55,717 bases of DNA from Chloroflexota bacterium (lineage in GTDB: Bacteria > Chloroflexota > UBA6077 > JACCZL01), in assembly GCA_046154735.1 (NCBI GenBank), contig JBJXFJ010000245.1:1-55717 (forward strand), read 5' to 3'. The notes beneath the pieces are model-generated. The model searched no databases and was not told the origin of the DNA. It saw nothing but the letters and a program-made list of their open reading frames with translations. This document shows, in pieces, positions 12,285-21,847 of this stretch (position 1 is its first letter; every line of letters starts with the position of its first letter). The position numbers and the translations under genes were made by a program.

Positions 12285-15200
12285 GATGTTGCCGCCATTG
12301 TGGACGCGGAAACGGGTTCAACGAGGTACGAATCAAGGGGATATGGTGCCAGTGATGCATCCGGGCTCGAGAGCGCGTGCATCACCGCACGAAATGTATC
12401 GAGTGAGGTGTAACACGGAACACCGCGTTCAACAGCCGACCGGCGTATCTCAAATCCGTCACGGAGCGGGCCGCGCCCTGCCGAGACGGTGTTCACGACA
12501 CCCGCCACGAGGCCCCGTTCAATGAGGTCCACGGCGTTCGGATGCCCCTCATCAAGTCGGCGATGGACAAGCTGTGAAATGATTCCGCCGCGTTCGAGCG
12601 CTGCCTTGGTGCCCTGTGTGGCGTAGAGCGTATAGCCCAGGGCCGCGGCCTGGCGTACCAGGGGGATGAGCTCATCCTTATCCCGATCAGCAACGGAGAT
12701 GAATAGCCCGCCCTCAGGTTTGGGCAGGAGCGAAGCCGCGGTGAGCGCCTTGATCAGCGCCGTCTCCTCATCACGTCCAATACCAATGACCTCGCCGGTC
12801 GAGCGCATCTCCGGGCCAAGATAGCTGTCCACCCCGCGGAGCTTGGACGTTGAAAACACGGGCGCTTTCACGGCTACCAGCGGCTTCAGTGGAGCCAGCC
12901 CGGGTCTGTAACCCTGATCGATGATTGATTCACCAAGCATTGCCCGGACCGCAATGTCCACCATTGGAATATCCGTGATCTTTGAAAGGAATGGCACGGT
13001 GCGGCTGGAGCGCGGATTCACCTCGAGTACGAGAACCCGGCCTTCGAAGACCACAAACTGAATATTGAAGAGCCCACGAATTTTGAGCCCGATGGCAAGG
13101 CGCTCGGTAAAGTCGGCAATGCGCTCCAGATCCTCGGAGCTGAGTCGCTGAGGAGGGTAAACCGCCATGCTGTCACCGGAGTGCACGCCGGCGCGCTCAA
13201 TGTGCTCCATGATCCCTGGAATAAGCACATTGGTCCCGTCTGAGATGGCATCAACTTCAACTTCGCGACCTTCGAGATATTTATCAACGAGGACCGGGCG
13301 CCGGGAGGTCATCTCGGCCGCTTGGCGCAGGTAGGCCAGGAGCTCTTCCTCGTTGTAGACAATTTCCATGGCCCGGCCACCCAGTACGTACGACGGCCGA
13401 GCGATCACGGGATAACCAATTGTCTGCGCCACGTGGAGGGCGTCTTCAATCGTGTGGACCGCGGCGCCCGGCGGCTGAGGCACACCCAGCTCCGCGGCCA
13501 GAAGCTCAAACTGGCGACGATCCTCGGCAACGTCTATTGGCCCTCGGCCCCCTCCGAGGAGATGGACGCCGGCATGTTCAAGTGGCTCCGCGAGATTGAT
13601 TGCGGTTTGACCGCCAAATTGTGCCGCGGCTGACGGTAATTGACCATCAGGACCTGCTTCGTTCTCGAGGATGTCCAGCACCGACTCCGCGTCCAGTGGC
13701 TCAAAATAGAGGCGCGAGGACGCATCAAAATCGGTGCTTACGGTCTCAGGGTTATTGTTAATGAGTATGCTCGCCACGCCTGCATCGCGTAATGCGGCGG
13801 AGCCGCGCACACTGCAGTAATCGAACTCAATCCCCTGCCCAATCCGGATTGGACCAGCGCCGAGCACCACCGAACGCGTGCCCTCTAAGGCAATCGCCTC
13901 ATTCTCATCTTCATAGGTGCTATAGAAGTACGGCGTTTCAGCATTGAACTCAGCCGCGCAGGTATCCACCATCTTGTACGACGGAATGATGTCCTGCATT
14001 TTGCGAAGCTCACGCACACGATCCGGCAACGAGTCCGCAAGCTCAGCGATCTGCGCATCGGAGAAGCCCAGACGTTTCGCTTCCCAGAGAAGATCCAGCG
14101 TCAGTCGTTCCCCTAGAAGCCGGCGTTCCATGGCCACGATGTTCGCCAGCTTATGTATGAAAAAACGATCGACGAGCGAGTCTGTTGCCACTTCGTCCAC
14201 CGATCGACCGCGTCTCAGCGCAGCCATGAGCGCCCAGAGCCGCTGATCCGTGGCTTGACTGACCAGTGCGGCAGGAGGACAGGACTCGGAAGTTTGCCAT
14301 GCCGGATCTTCCCAGCTCAGGGACTTGTCCCCGATATCCAGTGATCGAACGGCTTTTTGCAGGGCCGCTTCAAAGCAGCGATCTATCGCCATGACTTCCC
14401 CGGTCGCCTTCATCTGCGTGCCGAGGGTTCGATCGCCGTCCCGGAACTTGTCGAACGGCCAACGAGGGATCTTCACCACGAGGTAATCAATTGAGGGTTC
14501 GAAGGCCGCCGTGGTCTTACCCGTGACGGTGTTTCGGATCTCCGCGAGCTTTCCTCCAATGGCAATTTTGGCGGCCACCCGAGCGATGGGGTAACCAGTG
14601 GCCTTTGAGGCAAGAGCCGACGAGCGAGAGACACGTGGATTCACCTCAATGACGTAGTACTGCTCCGAAAGAGGATCGAGCGCGAATTGGCAATTGCAGC
14701 CGCCCTCAATCTTCAGAGCTCGGATAATTCGGAGCGCTGCCGCCCGGAGCATCTGGTATTCACGATCAGACAGGGTCTGACTTGGCGCCACGACTATGGA
14801 GTCACCCGTGTGGACGCCCATGGGATCGATGTTCTCCATGTTGCAGATGACCACGCACGTATCATCTGCATCACGCATGACCTCATACTCAAGCTCTTTC
14901 CAGCCCACGAGGGAGCGCTCAACAAGGACTTGACCCACGGGGGAGAGCTCCAAGCCGTATTGGGCGAGCCGCTCAAGCTCTGCCCGGGTATGTGCGAAGC
15001 CGCCCCCCGTCCCGCCCAGGGTAAAGGCGGGACGTACAATCACGGGATAATCGATTTCATCGGCAAAATCGAGCGCTTCCTTCACCTTTGTCGCCGCGAC
15101 GCTTGGTGGCACGGGCTCGCCAATTTCGATGAGGAGTTGCTTAAATGCCTCGCGATCCTCCGCCATGATGATTGACGATACGGGTGTTCCCAGCGGGCGC

Positions 15201-15532
15201 ACCCCAAGCTCGTCAAGGATCCCAGACTGCGAGAGCGCCACCGTTAGATTAAGTCCGGTCTGACCGCCCACTGTTCCCAGAACTCCCTGGGGCCGCTCGC
15301 GGCGCAGGATGTCCGAAACAACGCCAACCGTCAACGGCTCCAGGTACACAACATCCGCGACTCCCGGATCGGTCATGATGGTCGCGGGGTTTGAGTTCAC
15401 CAAAATTGTGCGAATACCCTCTTCACGGAGAGCACGACAAGCCTGGGTGCCCGCGTAGTCAAACTCCGCGGCCTGACCGATGATGATGGGTCCACTGCCA
15501 ATGACCAGCACTGAACGCGGCTTCTCTAGCAC
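12281..15532 (-). CDS. carB: Carbamoyl-phosphate synthase large subunit
   Basis: 1083-aa ORF with duplicated ATP-grasp halves and a canonical N-terminus (VLVIGSGPIIIGQAAEFDYAGTQA). Confidence 0.97.
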   Translation of the reverse strand: MLEKPRSVLVIGSGPIIIGQAAEFDYAGTQACRALREEGIRTILVNSNPATIMTDPGVADVVYLEPLTVGVVSDILRRERPQGVLGTVGGQTGLNLTVALSQSGILDELGVRPLGTPVSSIIMAEDREAFKQLLIEIGEPVPPSVAATKVKEALDFADEIDYPVIVRPAFTLGGTGGGFAHTRAELERLAQYGLELSPVGQVLVERSLVGWKELEYEVMRDADDTCVVICNMENIDPMGVHTGDSIVVAPSQTLSDREYQMLRAAALRIIRALKIEGGCNCQFALDPLSEQYYVIEVNPRVSRSSALASKATGYPIARVAAKIAIGGKLAEIRNTVTGKTTAAFEPSIDYLVVKIPRWPFDKFRDGDRTLGTQMKATGEVMAIDRCFEAALQKAVRSLDIGDKSLSWEDPAWQTSESCPPAALVSQATDQRLWALMAALRRGRSVDEVATDSLVDRFFIHKLANIVAMERRLLGERLTLDLLWEAKRLGFSDAQIAELADSLPDRVRELRKMQDIIPSYKMVDTCAAEFNAETPYFYSTYEDENEAIALEGTRSVVLGAGPIRIGQGIEFDYCSVRGSAALRDAGVASILINNNPETVSTDFDASSRLYFEPLDAESVLDILENEAGPDGQLPSAAAQFGGQTAINLAEPLEHAGVHLLGGGRGPIDVAEDRRQFELLAAELGVPQPPGAAVHTIEDALHVAQTIGYPVIARPSYVLGGRAMEIVYNEEELLAYLRQAAEMTSRRPVLVDKYLEGREVEVDAISDGTNVLIPGIMEHIERAGVHSGDSMAVYPPQRLSSEDLERIADFTERLAIGLKIRGLFNIQFVVFEGRVLVLEVNPRSSRTVPFLSKITDIPMVDIAVRAMLGESIIDQGYRPGLAPLKPLVAVKAPVFSTSKLRGVDSYLGPEMRSTGEVIGIGRDEETALIKALTAASLLPKPEGGLFISVADRDKDELIPLVRQAAALGYTLYATQGTKAALERGGIISQLVHRRLDEGHPNAVDLIERGLVAGVVNTVSAGRGPLRDGFEIRRSAVERGVPCYTSLDTFRAVMHALSSPDASLAPYPLDSYLVEPVSASTMAATS

Positions 15533-16659
15533 TAGCGTCCCTCCGCCGTGGCACGGATGAGTGCCAGGAATTCATCAAATATCGCGGCGGCATCCTTCGG
15601 CCCCGGTCCCCCCTCGGGGTGAAATTGAACGGTCCGTACGGGACACTGCTTGTGGACCAGACCCTCCACCGAGCCATCGTTCAAACTGCGATGGCTCACC
15701 TGGAACCCGGCATCAACAAGCTGGGGCGACTCAGCGACCTGATATTCGTGATTCTGACTTGTTATGTAAACTTTACCGCTGCGCTCGTCCCTGACCGGAT
15801 GGTTTGCACCGTGGTGTCCAAACGGAAGTCGCGTGGTTTCACCACCCGCGGCCCGCGCAATGATCTGGTGGCCCAGGCATATCCCCAGGAGTGGAAGTCC
15901 CTTGTCAAGTATGCGAGTTGCCATCCGGACGGGCGGATCAAGCAGCGCGGGATCCCCCGGCCCATTGGCAATCAAGACTCCGTCAGGCTGAGAATCCAGG
16001 AGTGTTTCTGCCGCAACGTCCCACGGAAAGGCGGATACTCGCGCGCCGCGCAGCTCAAGCTGGCGCAGAATGCTCCACTTCACACCGCAGTCAATCACGG
16101 CAATATGGGGTCCATCTGAGCCCGTAGCGAATGCTGGGGTATGGCCGGACACTTCCCCAGCCAGAACAGGCAGTGTGAATGCGCGAGCTCGCTCGGCCAG
16201 GGTTTCCTGCAATTGCGCGGTGACCTGACGGTGAGACACGCGAGTAAGGACAGCACGCAACGTCCCCTTGGTGCGCAGACGTCGCGTGATCGCGCGCGTA
16301 TCCACCTCTGAAAGTCCCGGAACTCCAAAGTCTGCCAAATACGTGTGAACCGTGGACTGCGACGCCCAGTGATGCGGCTCCGTGGCGGCATCACGAACGA
16401 TGAGCGCTGAGAGCCACGGCCGGTCGGATTCTCGGACGCGATCGGCGATACCATAGTTACCGATCTGAGGGTGTGTCATGACGACCATCTGGCCCCTGTA
16501 CGAAGGGTCGGTGCAGATCTCCTGATAGCCGGTGAGGCCCGTATTGAACACCAGCTCGGCAACGGACTCAACGTCGGCACCAAACATCTTGCCAACGAAA
16601 CACGCGCCGTCCTCGAGCACGAGGGCCCCCCAGCGTACGGCTGAGCTTTCGTCGCTCAC
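15532..16659 (-). CDS. carA: Carbamoyl-phosphate synthase small (glutaminase) subunit
   Basis: 375-aa ORF with a class I glutamine amidotransferase active site (GICLGHQ) and the HGANHPV motif. Confidence 0.96.
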   Translation of the reverse strand: MSDESSAVRWGALVLEDGACFVGKMFGADVESVAELVFNTGLTGYQEICTDPSYRGQMVVMTHPQIGNYGIADRVRESDRPWLSALIVRDAATEPHHWASQSTVHTYLADFGVPGLSEVDTRAITRRLRTKGTLRAVLTRVSHRQVTAQLQETLAERARAFTLPVLAGEVSGHTPAFATGSDGPHIAVIDCGVKWSILRQLELRGARVSAFPWDVAAETLLDSQPDGVLIANGPGDPALLDPPVRMATRILDKGLPLLGICLGHQIIARAAGGETTRLPFGHHGANHPVRDERSGKVYITSQNHEYQVAESPQLVDAGFQVSHRSLNDGSVEGLVHKQCPVRTVQFHPEGGPGPKDAAAIFDEFLALIRATAEGR

Positions 16660-17963
16660 GCGGCCTCCCTGTGGACAACATCGCCAGCAACAATAGTTAG
16701 CATTACTCGCCCTTTCATTTGCGCGCCAGTTAGTGGCGTGTTGTGTCCACGCGAGTGAAACTGAGCCGGATCAATTGTCCATTCGGCATCGGGCTGGAAG
16801 ACCACGAGATCCGCTGGAGCACCGGAAGTGAGTGTTCCTCCTTCAAGGCAGAAAACACGAGCGGGCTCCGTGGTCAGTGCCGCCAGAAGCCGTGGCAAAG
16901 GAACCGCTCCGGTTTCGACAAGTTGCAGGAGCGACGCAAGGGCCGTTTCTAGACCGACCATGCCGTATTCCGCTTCGTCAAACTCGCACAGCTTGTCCAC
17001 CTGCGTCCGAGGCAGATGATCGGTGACCACGCAATCAAGCGTGGCGTCATTCAGCCCAGCCACCAGGGCCAAGCGGTCTTCCTCAGAGCGGAGTGGCGGA
17101 GAGACCTTGCAATTGGGGTCGTACATTCGGGCTGAGTGCCCCTTTCCAGCGAGCCAGGCGTCGGTCATTGTCAAGTGATGCGGCGTAACATCGGCCGTTA
17201 TCGGAATCCCGGCTTCCTTGGCGCGACGCACAAGCTCAACACCGCGCGCTGTGGTCACCATAGTCAGATGTAATCGTCCACCGGTTAGCCGCGCCAGAGC
17301 GATTGACCGGGCTATGGCCACCTCTTCTGCTTCCGGGGGAATGCCAGGAAGTCCCAGGCGCATCGCAGCCGCTCCTTCATGCATGAAACCGCCCGAAGAC
17401 AGCTCCACGTCCTGGGGCTGCTCAATGATCGGTCGCTCAACGATGCGGCTGTAATCCAGCGCATGCCGGAGCAATTGCGTATTGCGTGTGTGTCGAGGAG
17501 CGTCAGTGAACCCCACGGCACCCGCGGCGGCCATACCCACCATTTCCGAAAGCTCTTCGCCACGCTGACGCCTCGACATCGTGCCGAGTGGCAGGACGCG
17601 AACGGGTGAGAGCTTTCGAGCCGCGGACAGGAGTGACTCAACGTCCGAAGCCGTATCAACAGTTGGGTCCGTGTCCGGCGTCGCGCACACCGTCGTAAAG
17701 CCGCCCGCGGCGGCCGCGCGACCGCCCGAGCGAAGCGTCTCCTGATGCTCAAAGCCAGGCTCCCGGAGATGCGTATGTAGGTCAATGAAACCGGGCGAAA
17801 CAATGCAGCCCTCGGCATCCACGAGCGTTTCTCCATCAGTTGGGACCGATGAACGCGTGATCCCCAGGATCACTCCGTGCTCCACAATGATGTCACCCAC
17901 CGTGTCCAAGCCGCGCGAGGGGTCAATGATACGGCCACGGACAATGCGCAAACGGCCAGTCAT
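16656..17963 (-). CDS. pyrC: Dihydroorotase
   Basis: 435-aa ORF with the amidohydrolase metal-binding motif [10 protein letters not shown], in pyr-operon context. Confidence 0.93.
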   Translation of the reverse strand: MTGRLRIVRGRIIDPSRGLDTVGDIIVEHGVILGITRSSVPTDGETLVDAEGCIVSPGFIDLHTHLREPGFEHQETLRSGGRAAAAGGFTTVCATPDTDPTVDTASDVESLLSAARKLSPVRVLPLGTMSRRQRGEELSEMVGMAAAGAVGFTDAPRHTRNTQLLRHALDYSRIVERPIIEQPQDVELSSGGFMHEGAAAMRLGLPGIPPEAEEVAIARSIALARLTGGRLHLTMVTTARGVELVRRAKEAGIPITADVTPHHLTMTDAWLAGKGHSARMYDPNCKVSPPLRSEEDRLALVAGLNDATLDCVVTDHLPRTQVDKLCEFDEAEYGMVGLETALASLLQLVETGAVPLPRLLAALTTEPARVFCLEGGTLTSGAPADLVVFQPDAEWTIDPAQFHSRGHNTPLTGAQMKGRVMLTIVAGDVVHREAA

Positions 17964-19009
17964 GGGCGCCCCTCAGTGAGGCCGGGCACGCCACCGCAGA
18001 GTAGGTACAGTAATGCCATCCGGAGTGCTACGCCGTTTGTCACCTGAGCCTCTATGAGTGACTGCGCACCGTGTGCGACCTCGGGATCGATCTCGATGCC
18101 TTCGTTCATTGGCCCGGGATGCATCACCAGGCCATCAGGGAGCTTGGCCTTCACCCGCTCCACGCTGAGCCCGTAGCGCTGCACATACTCACGAATATTG
18201 GGCAGAAGGCCAGCCTGTTGCCGCTCTCGTTGCAGACGGAGCACCATCACCACGTCAGCATGCTCTATGGCTCGGTCCGCATCCAGCTCAACCTTCACCG
18301 TCCTCGGCCAATCTCCCGTGGCCACGGGAGGGATACAGGTGGACGGGAGCAACGTTGGTGGACCGCAGAGCGTGACATTAGCGCCCACCTTAGTCAGTCC
18401 CCAGATATTGGAGCGCGCCACACGGCTGTGCAGCACATCGCCCAGGATCGTGACGTTGATCCCTGCTAGATGGCCAAAGTGCTCCCGGAGAGTGAATAGG
18501 TCCAACAAGGCCTGCGTCGGATGGGCGTGCCAGCCGTCCCCGGCGTTGATGACACTGCCCGCCAGCTCATGGGCGGCAAGATACGGCGCTCCCGAGGATG
18601 AATGACGCATCACCAGTGCCGTGGCCCCCAGGGCGCGCAGGGTGCGGAGTGAATCCAGGAGTGATTCACCTTTTTCAACACTGCTCCCGGATGCGGTAAC
18701 GTTGATCGTGTCCGCGCCCAAACTTTTCGCGGCTAGCTCAAATGAGATGCGCGTTCGCGTGCTTGGCTCATAAAAAAGGTTCACCACGGTCTTGCCGCGC
18801 AGCGCCGGCACCCTTGGTATGGGCCGCTTCAAAATCTCCTTCATGACTTCCGCAATGCCCAGTACGTGATAGATCTCACCCGTGCTGAAATCGTCTAGGT
18901 CAAGCACGTGCTTGCGCCCCGGCCATTCTCCAGCTGGGAACGCGCCCTCGGCAGCCTCGGCAATGGCCTCCGCGGGGCGCTCCTTGAGTAGTTGCTCGTC
19001 CACGGTCAT
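17960..19009 (-). CDS. pyrB: Aspartate carbamoyltransferase catalytic subunit
   Basis: 349-aa ORF with ATCase motifs (STRTR, HPTQ). Confidence 0.95.
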   Translation of the reverse strand: MTVDEQLLKERPAEAIAEAAEGAFPAGEWPGRKHVLDLDDFSTGEIYHVLGIAEVMKEILKRPIPRVPALRGKTVVNLFYEPSTRTRISFELAAKSLGADTINVTASGSSVEKGESLLDSLRTLRALGATALVMRHSSSGAPYLAAHELAGSVINAGDGWHAHPTQALLDLFTLREHFGHLAGINVTILGDVLHSRVARSNIWGLTKVGANVTLCGPPTLLPSTCIPPVATGDWPRTVKVELDADRAIEHADVVMVLRLQRERQQAGLLPNIREYVQRYGLSVERVKAKLPDGLVMHPGPMNEGIEIDPEVAHGAQSLIEAQVTNGVALRMALLYLLCGGVPGLTEGRP

Positions 19010-19602
19010 CGGACTTCGCCTTGAGACGAATCGGGTCGCTTCCGCAACAGCACACGGTCAGCGCCGTCAGTTTCAACAAGCTGCACTTCAACCAGCTCGG
19101 CACGGGAGGTCGGAATGTTCTTGCCAACGAAATCAGCCCGAATTGGAAGCTCTCGATGGCCCCGATCAACCAGAACCAGGAGCTGAATCGATCGAGGCCG
19201 GCCGTAGTCGATAATGGCGTCCATGGCTGCACGGACGGTGCGCCCCGTGAACAGCACGTCATCTGTGAGTACCACGGTCTTGTCATGGAGGTCCACTGGA
19301 ATGGATGACGGAGCCGGCGGTCTCGGGTGTCCCGACTCGATATCGTCTCGATAGAGTGTGATGTCAAGCGTGCCCACGGGCACGTCGATACCCTCGAATT
19401 GCTTCACAAGGTCGTGGACTCGATGAGCCACCGGGACTCCGCGGGTGCGAATGCCCACAAGCACCACACGTTCGGCACCGGCGTTGCGCTCAACGATCTC
19501 GTGGGCCATGCGCGTAAACGCACGCCGAATCTCGTCAGCGCCCATCAGCTCCGCTGCCGAAGCCCCTGATAAATCAGACCGACGCAGTGAAGCCATGCTC
19601 AC
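19006..19602 (-). CDS. pyrR: Bifunctional pyr mRNA-binding attenuation protein / uracil phosphoribosyltransferase PyrR
   Basis: 198-aa ORF with the PRTase loop [17 protein letters not shown], as first gene of the pyr operon. The start is either GTG 19602 or ATG 19596. Confidence 0.93.
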   Translation of the reverse strand: MSMASLRRSDLSGASAAELMGADEIRRAFTRMAHEIVERNAGAERVVLVGIRTRGVPVAHRVHDLVKQFEGIDVPVGTLDITLYRDDIESGHPRPPAPSSIPVDLHDKTVVLTDDVLFTGRTVRAAMDAIIDYGRPRSIQLLVLVDRGHRELPIRADFVGKNIPTSRAELVEVQLVETDGADRVLLRKRPDSSQGEVR

Positions 19603-19623
19603 CTTCCCACCGATTCTGGCAAC

Positions 19624-19660
19624 AAAAAACCCCTACGGCCCGCAATGGGGCGGCTAGGGG
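19624..19660 (-). terminator. Intrinsic terminator of the pyr leader (attenuator)
   Basis: Minus-strand RNA is CCCCUAGCCGCCCCAUUGCGGGCCGUAGGGG followed by UUUUUU. It has an outer 6-bp stem CCCCUA/UAGGGG plus inner GC pairs, and ends about 20 nt before the pyrR start. Confidence 0.7.
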
Positions 19661-19695
19661 CGCACTCTGGCTTATGAATCATTACGGTATCGCCG

Positions 19696-19725
19696 CCTTT
19701 CCGGTCTCTCGGACCGGTTTAAAGG
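19696..19725 (-). promoter_or_regulatory. PyrR-binding (anti-antiterminator) hairpin
   Basis: Minus-strand RNA is CCUUUAAACCGGUCCGAGAGACCGGAAAGG. The upper stem is CCGGUC/GACCGG, and the GUCCGAGAG core differs by one base from the PyrR-box core as I recall it (GUCCAGAGAG, preceded by UUUAA). The following GGCGGC (RNA; plus-strand GCCGCC at 19692-19697) can instead pair with GCCGCC in the terminator 5' arm, giving an antiterminator. Confidence 0.65.
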
Positions 19726-19769
19726 TGACGTCCAGGTTCGAGCTGAACGTATCTTTACTATTACCAAAG

Positions 19770-19798
19770 ATGATACGGAGGCGTGGCCGGTCCGTCAA
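19770..19798 (-). promoter_or_regulatory. Candidate pyr operon promoter
   Basis: The minus strand reads TTGACG (19798-19793), exactly 17 nt, TATCAT (19775-19770), about 45 nt upstream of the PyrR-box hairpin. Confidence 0.5.
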
Positions 19799-19838
19799 CT
19801 CTCTAGTACAGAGGAGCAGATGTTGCACGGTGGATAGC

Positions 19839-19918
19839 GGGGTGGTATCGGGCATCTTGCCCGATAGTCCGGCCCTATCGAACCGGATACTGTAAGGCAA
19901 GATGCCCGACACCACCCC
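19839..19918. repeat. Hairpin repeat copy 1 (23-bp inverted arms, 34-nt spacer)
   Basis: GGGGTGGTATCGGGCATCTTGCC (19839-19861) matches the reverse complement of GGCAAGATGCCCGACACCACCCC (19896-19918) at 22 of 23 positions. The same arm sequence recurs at 23231-23325. Confidence 0.85.
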
Positions 19919-20125
19919 AGAACACCCGAGCTACATCCGCGAAGTTGTATAAGTGCGCGACCTGAGGGAGCACCGCGCGCCACGGCGCGTTCTCAGCTTC
20001 AGGTTAGGTCGACTCCGGATGCTCAGCGACGATCAACTTCACCAGTGCCCCACGCCGAGGTTTGGACGCGGCGTACACTGGCTTGTATGGGATTGTATAG
20101 AATGCACAGGGATGGAGCCTGACTA

Positions 20126-21847
20126 ATGCGTTCAAACAGTCGATCATTGGTCACTTTAGCCGAAGTACTCCGCCTGGCCCTGCCACCTGGCACGGAAGTA
20201 CTGGCTGGCGCGCGGGGCCTGCACCGTTCTATCACCTGGGCACGATCTCTCGGCTCACGGCCGGTTGCTCTCGGTTCAATTGAAGCGGGCGAGCTGGTGC
20301 TCGTGCAAAACTCCGCGGGGCAATTTAGCTCTGATCCCCGACTCCTGCCGCGCCTCATTCGTGACCTGACCGAGGCGGGCGTGGGAGCGTTCGTTCTGAG
20401 CGATTCGTGCTCAGATGAGGCCATTGCCGTCGCCGATACCACAATGACCCCGTTACTCCGACTGCCTCCCAACGGGTCGCTCGCCGAGGCCGAACGATCG
20501 ATTGTCAGCCTCATCGTCGATCGAGACGGGCAGATCCGCAGGCGACTCGAGCAGATCTACGATCATCTGGTTTCATGCCTCATGGATGAACAGGGCTCAG
20601 TGACAGTAGCGGGGGTAGTGGCCGAGGCGACAGGCAAGCACGTTGTGGTCCTGGATGAATATGTGCACGTCCAGGTGAGCGTCCCCAATCCAGTGCCACC
20701 CGAACTGCTTGTTGCCGCGTGTGCGGATCATATTCAGGATCTACCTCGGGGAGGTCGTAGGTCGGCGCCCATGGTACTGGGAGCAGCGGGGCCGAAATCA
20801 CTCTCCGCGCTGATCATCCCGCTTATGCTCAAGGGCACTGCCGCGGGCTACCTGGCGTTAGTCGGCCAGTCAGATTCGTTCACGGAGTTTGACTCAGAGC
20901 TTGCTCATCGTGCGACCTCCGTGCTGGCCATGGAAGTTGCCAAGCAACGCGCGGTGACCGAGGTGCAGCTCCGAGTGCAGGGCGACTTGGTGGAGGATCT
21001 CCTCGCCGGAACATTTCCGTCTGAAGAGGCCGCCATTTTCCGAGCCCGCGCACTCGGATACGATCTCAGCCTGCCGCATGTAGCCTGCTGTTTTAGCGTT
21101 GTGAATGCGCCGATGGATGACAATGTGATCCGCCCACTGCGCTGGCTCGGGCCAGCACGGCGCGAGCTCCGCCGAGTTGAACCCTCGGCACTACTGCGGG
21201 ATACCGGACCGCGGTTATCCGCGCTTCTGCCGCTTCGGCGAAATCAGGGTATTGACGAAATCATCGAGCGCGTGGAGATGCTTCGGCGTGCCCTCACCTC
21301 AAGCGTTGACAATCTCGGCTTGTCCGCGGGTGTAGGACGTGCCTGTGCGAGTCCCGCCGAGTTCGCTCGCGGGCATCGGCAGGCGCAACAATCGCTCATT
21401 GCGGCAGAGCTCATGCATTCCGGCAATTGCACTGTCCATTTCGATCAGCTCGGTGCGGACCGCCTACTACTCGAGCTACGCTCCAATCAGGCGCTGAAGG
21501 ATTTCGTTTCCGACGTGATCGGACCACTTGAGGAGTACGATCTTCAACATCGCTCGGAGCTTGTCGCCACGGTGGCAATGTTTATTACCTGTAATGGGAA
21601 TCATGTGCGCACGGCGCAGGAGCTGCACCTGCATCGCAACTCATTACTCTATCGTCTCGATCGGGCTCAGAAGGTGCTGGGTCGTGAGCTGGACGATAGT
21701 GACACTCGCCTGGCCGTGCAACTCGCACTGAAAGGGCGGAAACTGCTCACCCACACTGTTGCGGACGGTTCACCCTTCGGCATCACGGCCGATTCCGACG
21801 AGACTCTAGAACCAAGCAGATCACGAAAGAGAGCCCGCCATGCCTAG
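20126..21847 (+). CDS. PucR-family transcriptional regulator
   Basis: 573-aa ORF with a PucR-type C-terminal helix-turn-helix (NGNHVRTAQELHLHRNSLLYRLDRAQKVLG) and a long N-terminal sensory region. GGAG lies 10 nt before the ATG. Its stop (21845-21847) overlaps the glnA ATG (21840). Confidence 0.85.
   Translation: MRSNSRSLVTLAEVLRLALPPGTEVLAGARGLHRSITWARSLGSRPVALGSIEAGELVLVQNSAGQFSSDPRLLPRLIRDLTEAGVGAFVLSDSCSDEAIAVADTTMTPLLRLPPNGSLAEAERSIVSLIVDRDGQIRRRLEQIYDHLVSCLMDEQGSVTVAGVVAEATGKHVVVLDEYVHVQVSVPNPVPPELLVAACADHIQDLPRGGRRSAPMVLGAAGPKSLSALIIPLMLKGTAAGYLALVGQSDSFTEFDSELAHRATSVLAMEVAKQRAVTEVQLRVQGDLVEDLLAGTFPSEEAAIFRARALGYDLSLPHVACCFSVVNAPMDDNVIRPLRWLGPARRELRRVEPSALLRDTGPRLSALLPLRRNQGIDEIIERVEMLRRALTSSVDNLGLSAGVGRACASPAEFARGHRQAQQSLIAAELMHSGNCTVHFDQLGADRLLLELRSNQALKDFVSDVIGPLEEYDLQHRSELVATVAMFITCNGNHVRTAQELHLHRNSLLYRLDRAQKVLGRELDDSDTRLAVQLALKGRKLLTHTVADGSPFGITADSDETLEPSRSRKRARHA

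Noticed and set aside
20083-20110. TnrA/GlnR box (TGTNA-N7-TNACA) near the regulator/glnA promoter
   Set aside because: TGTAT...ACA strings are present, but neither the spacing nor the half-sites fit the 17-bp consensus in any register.
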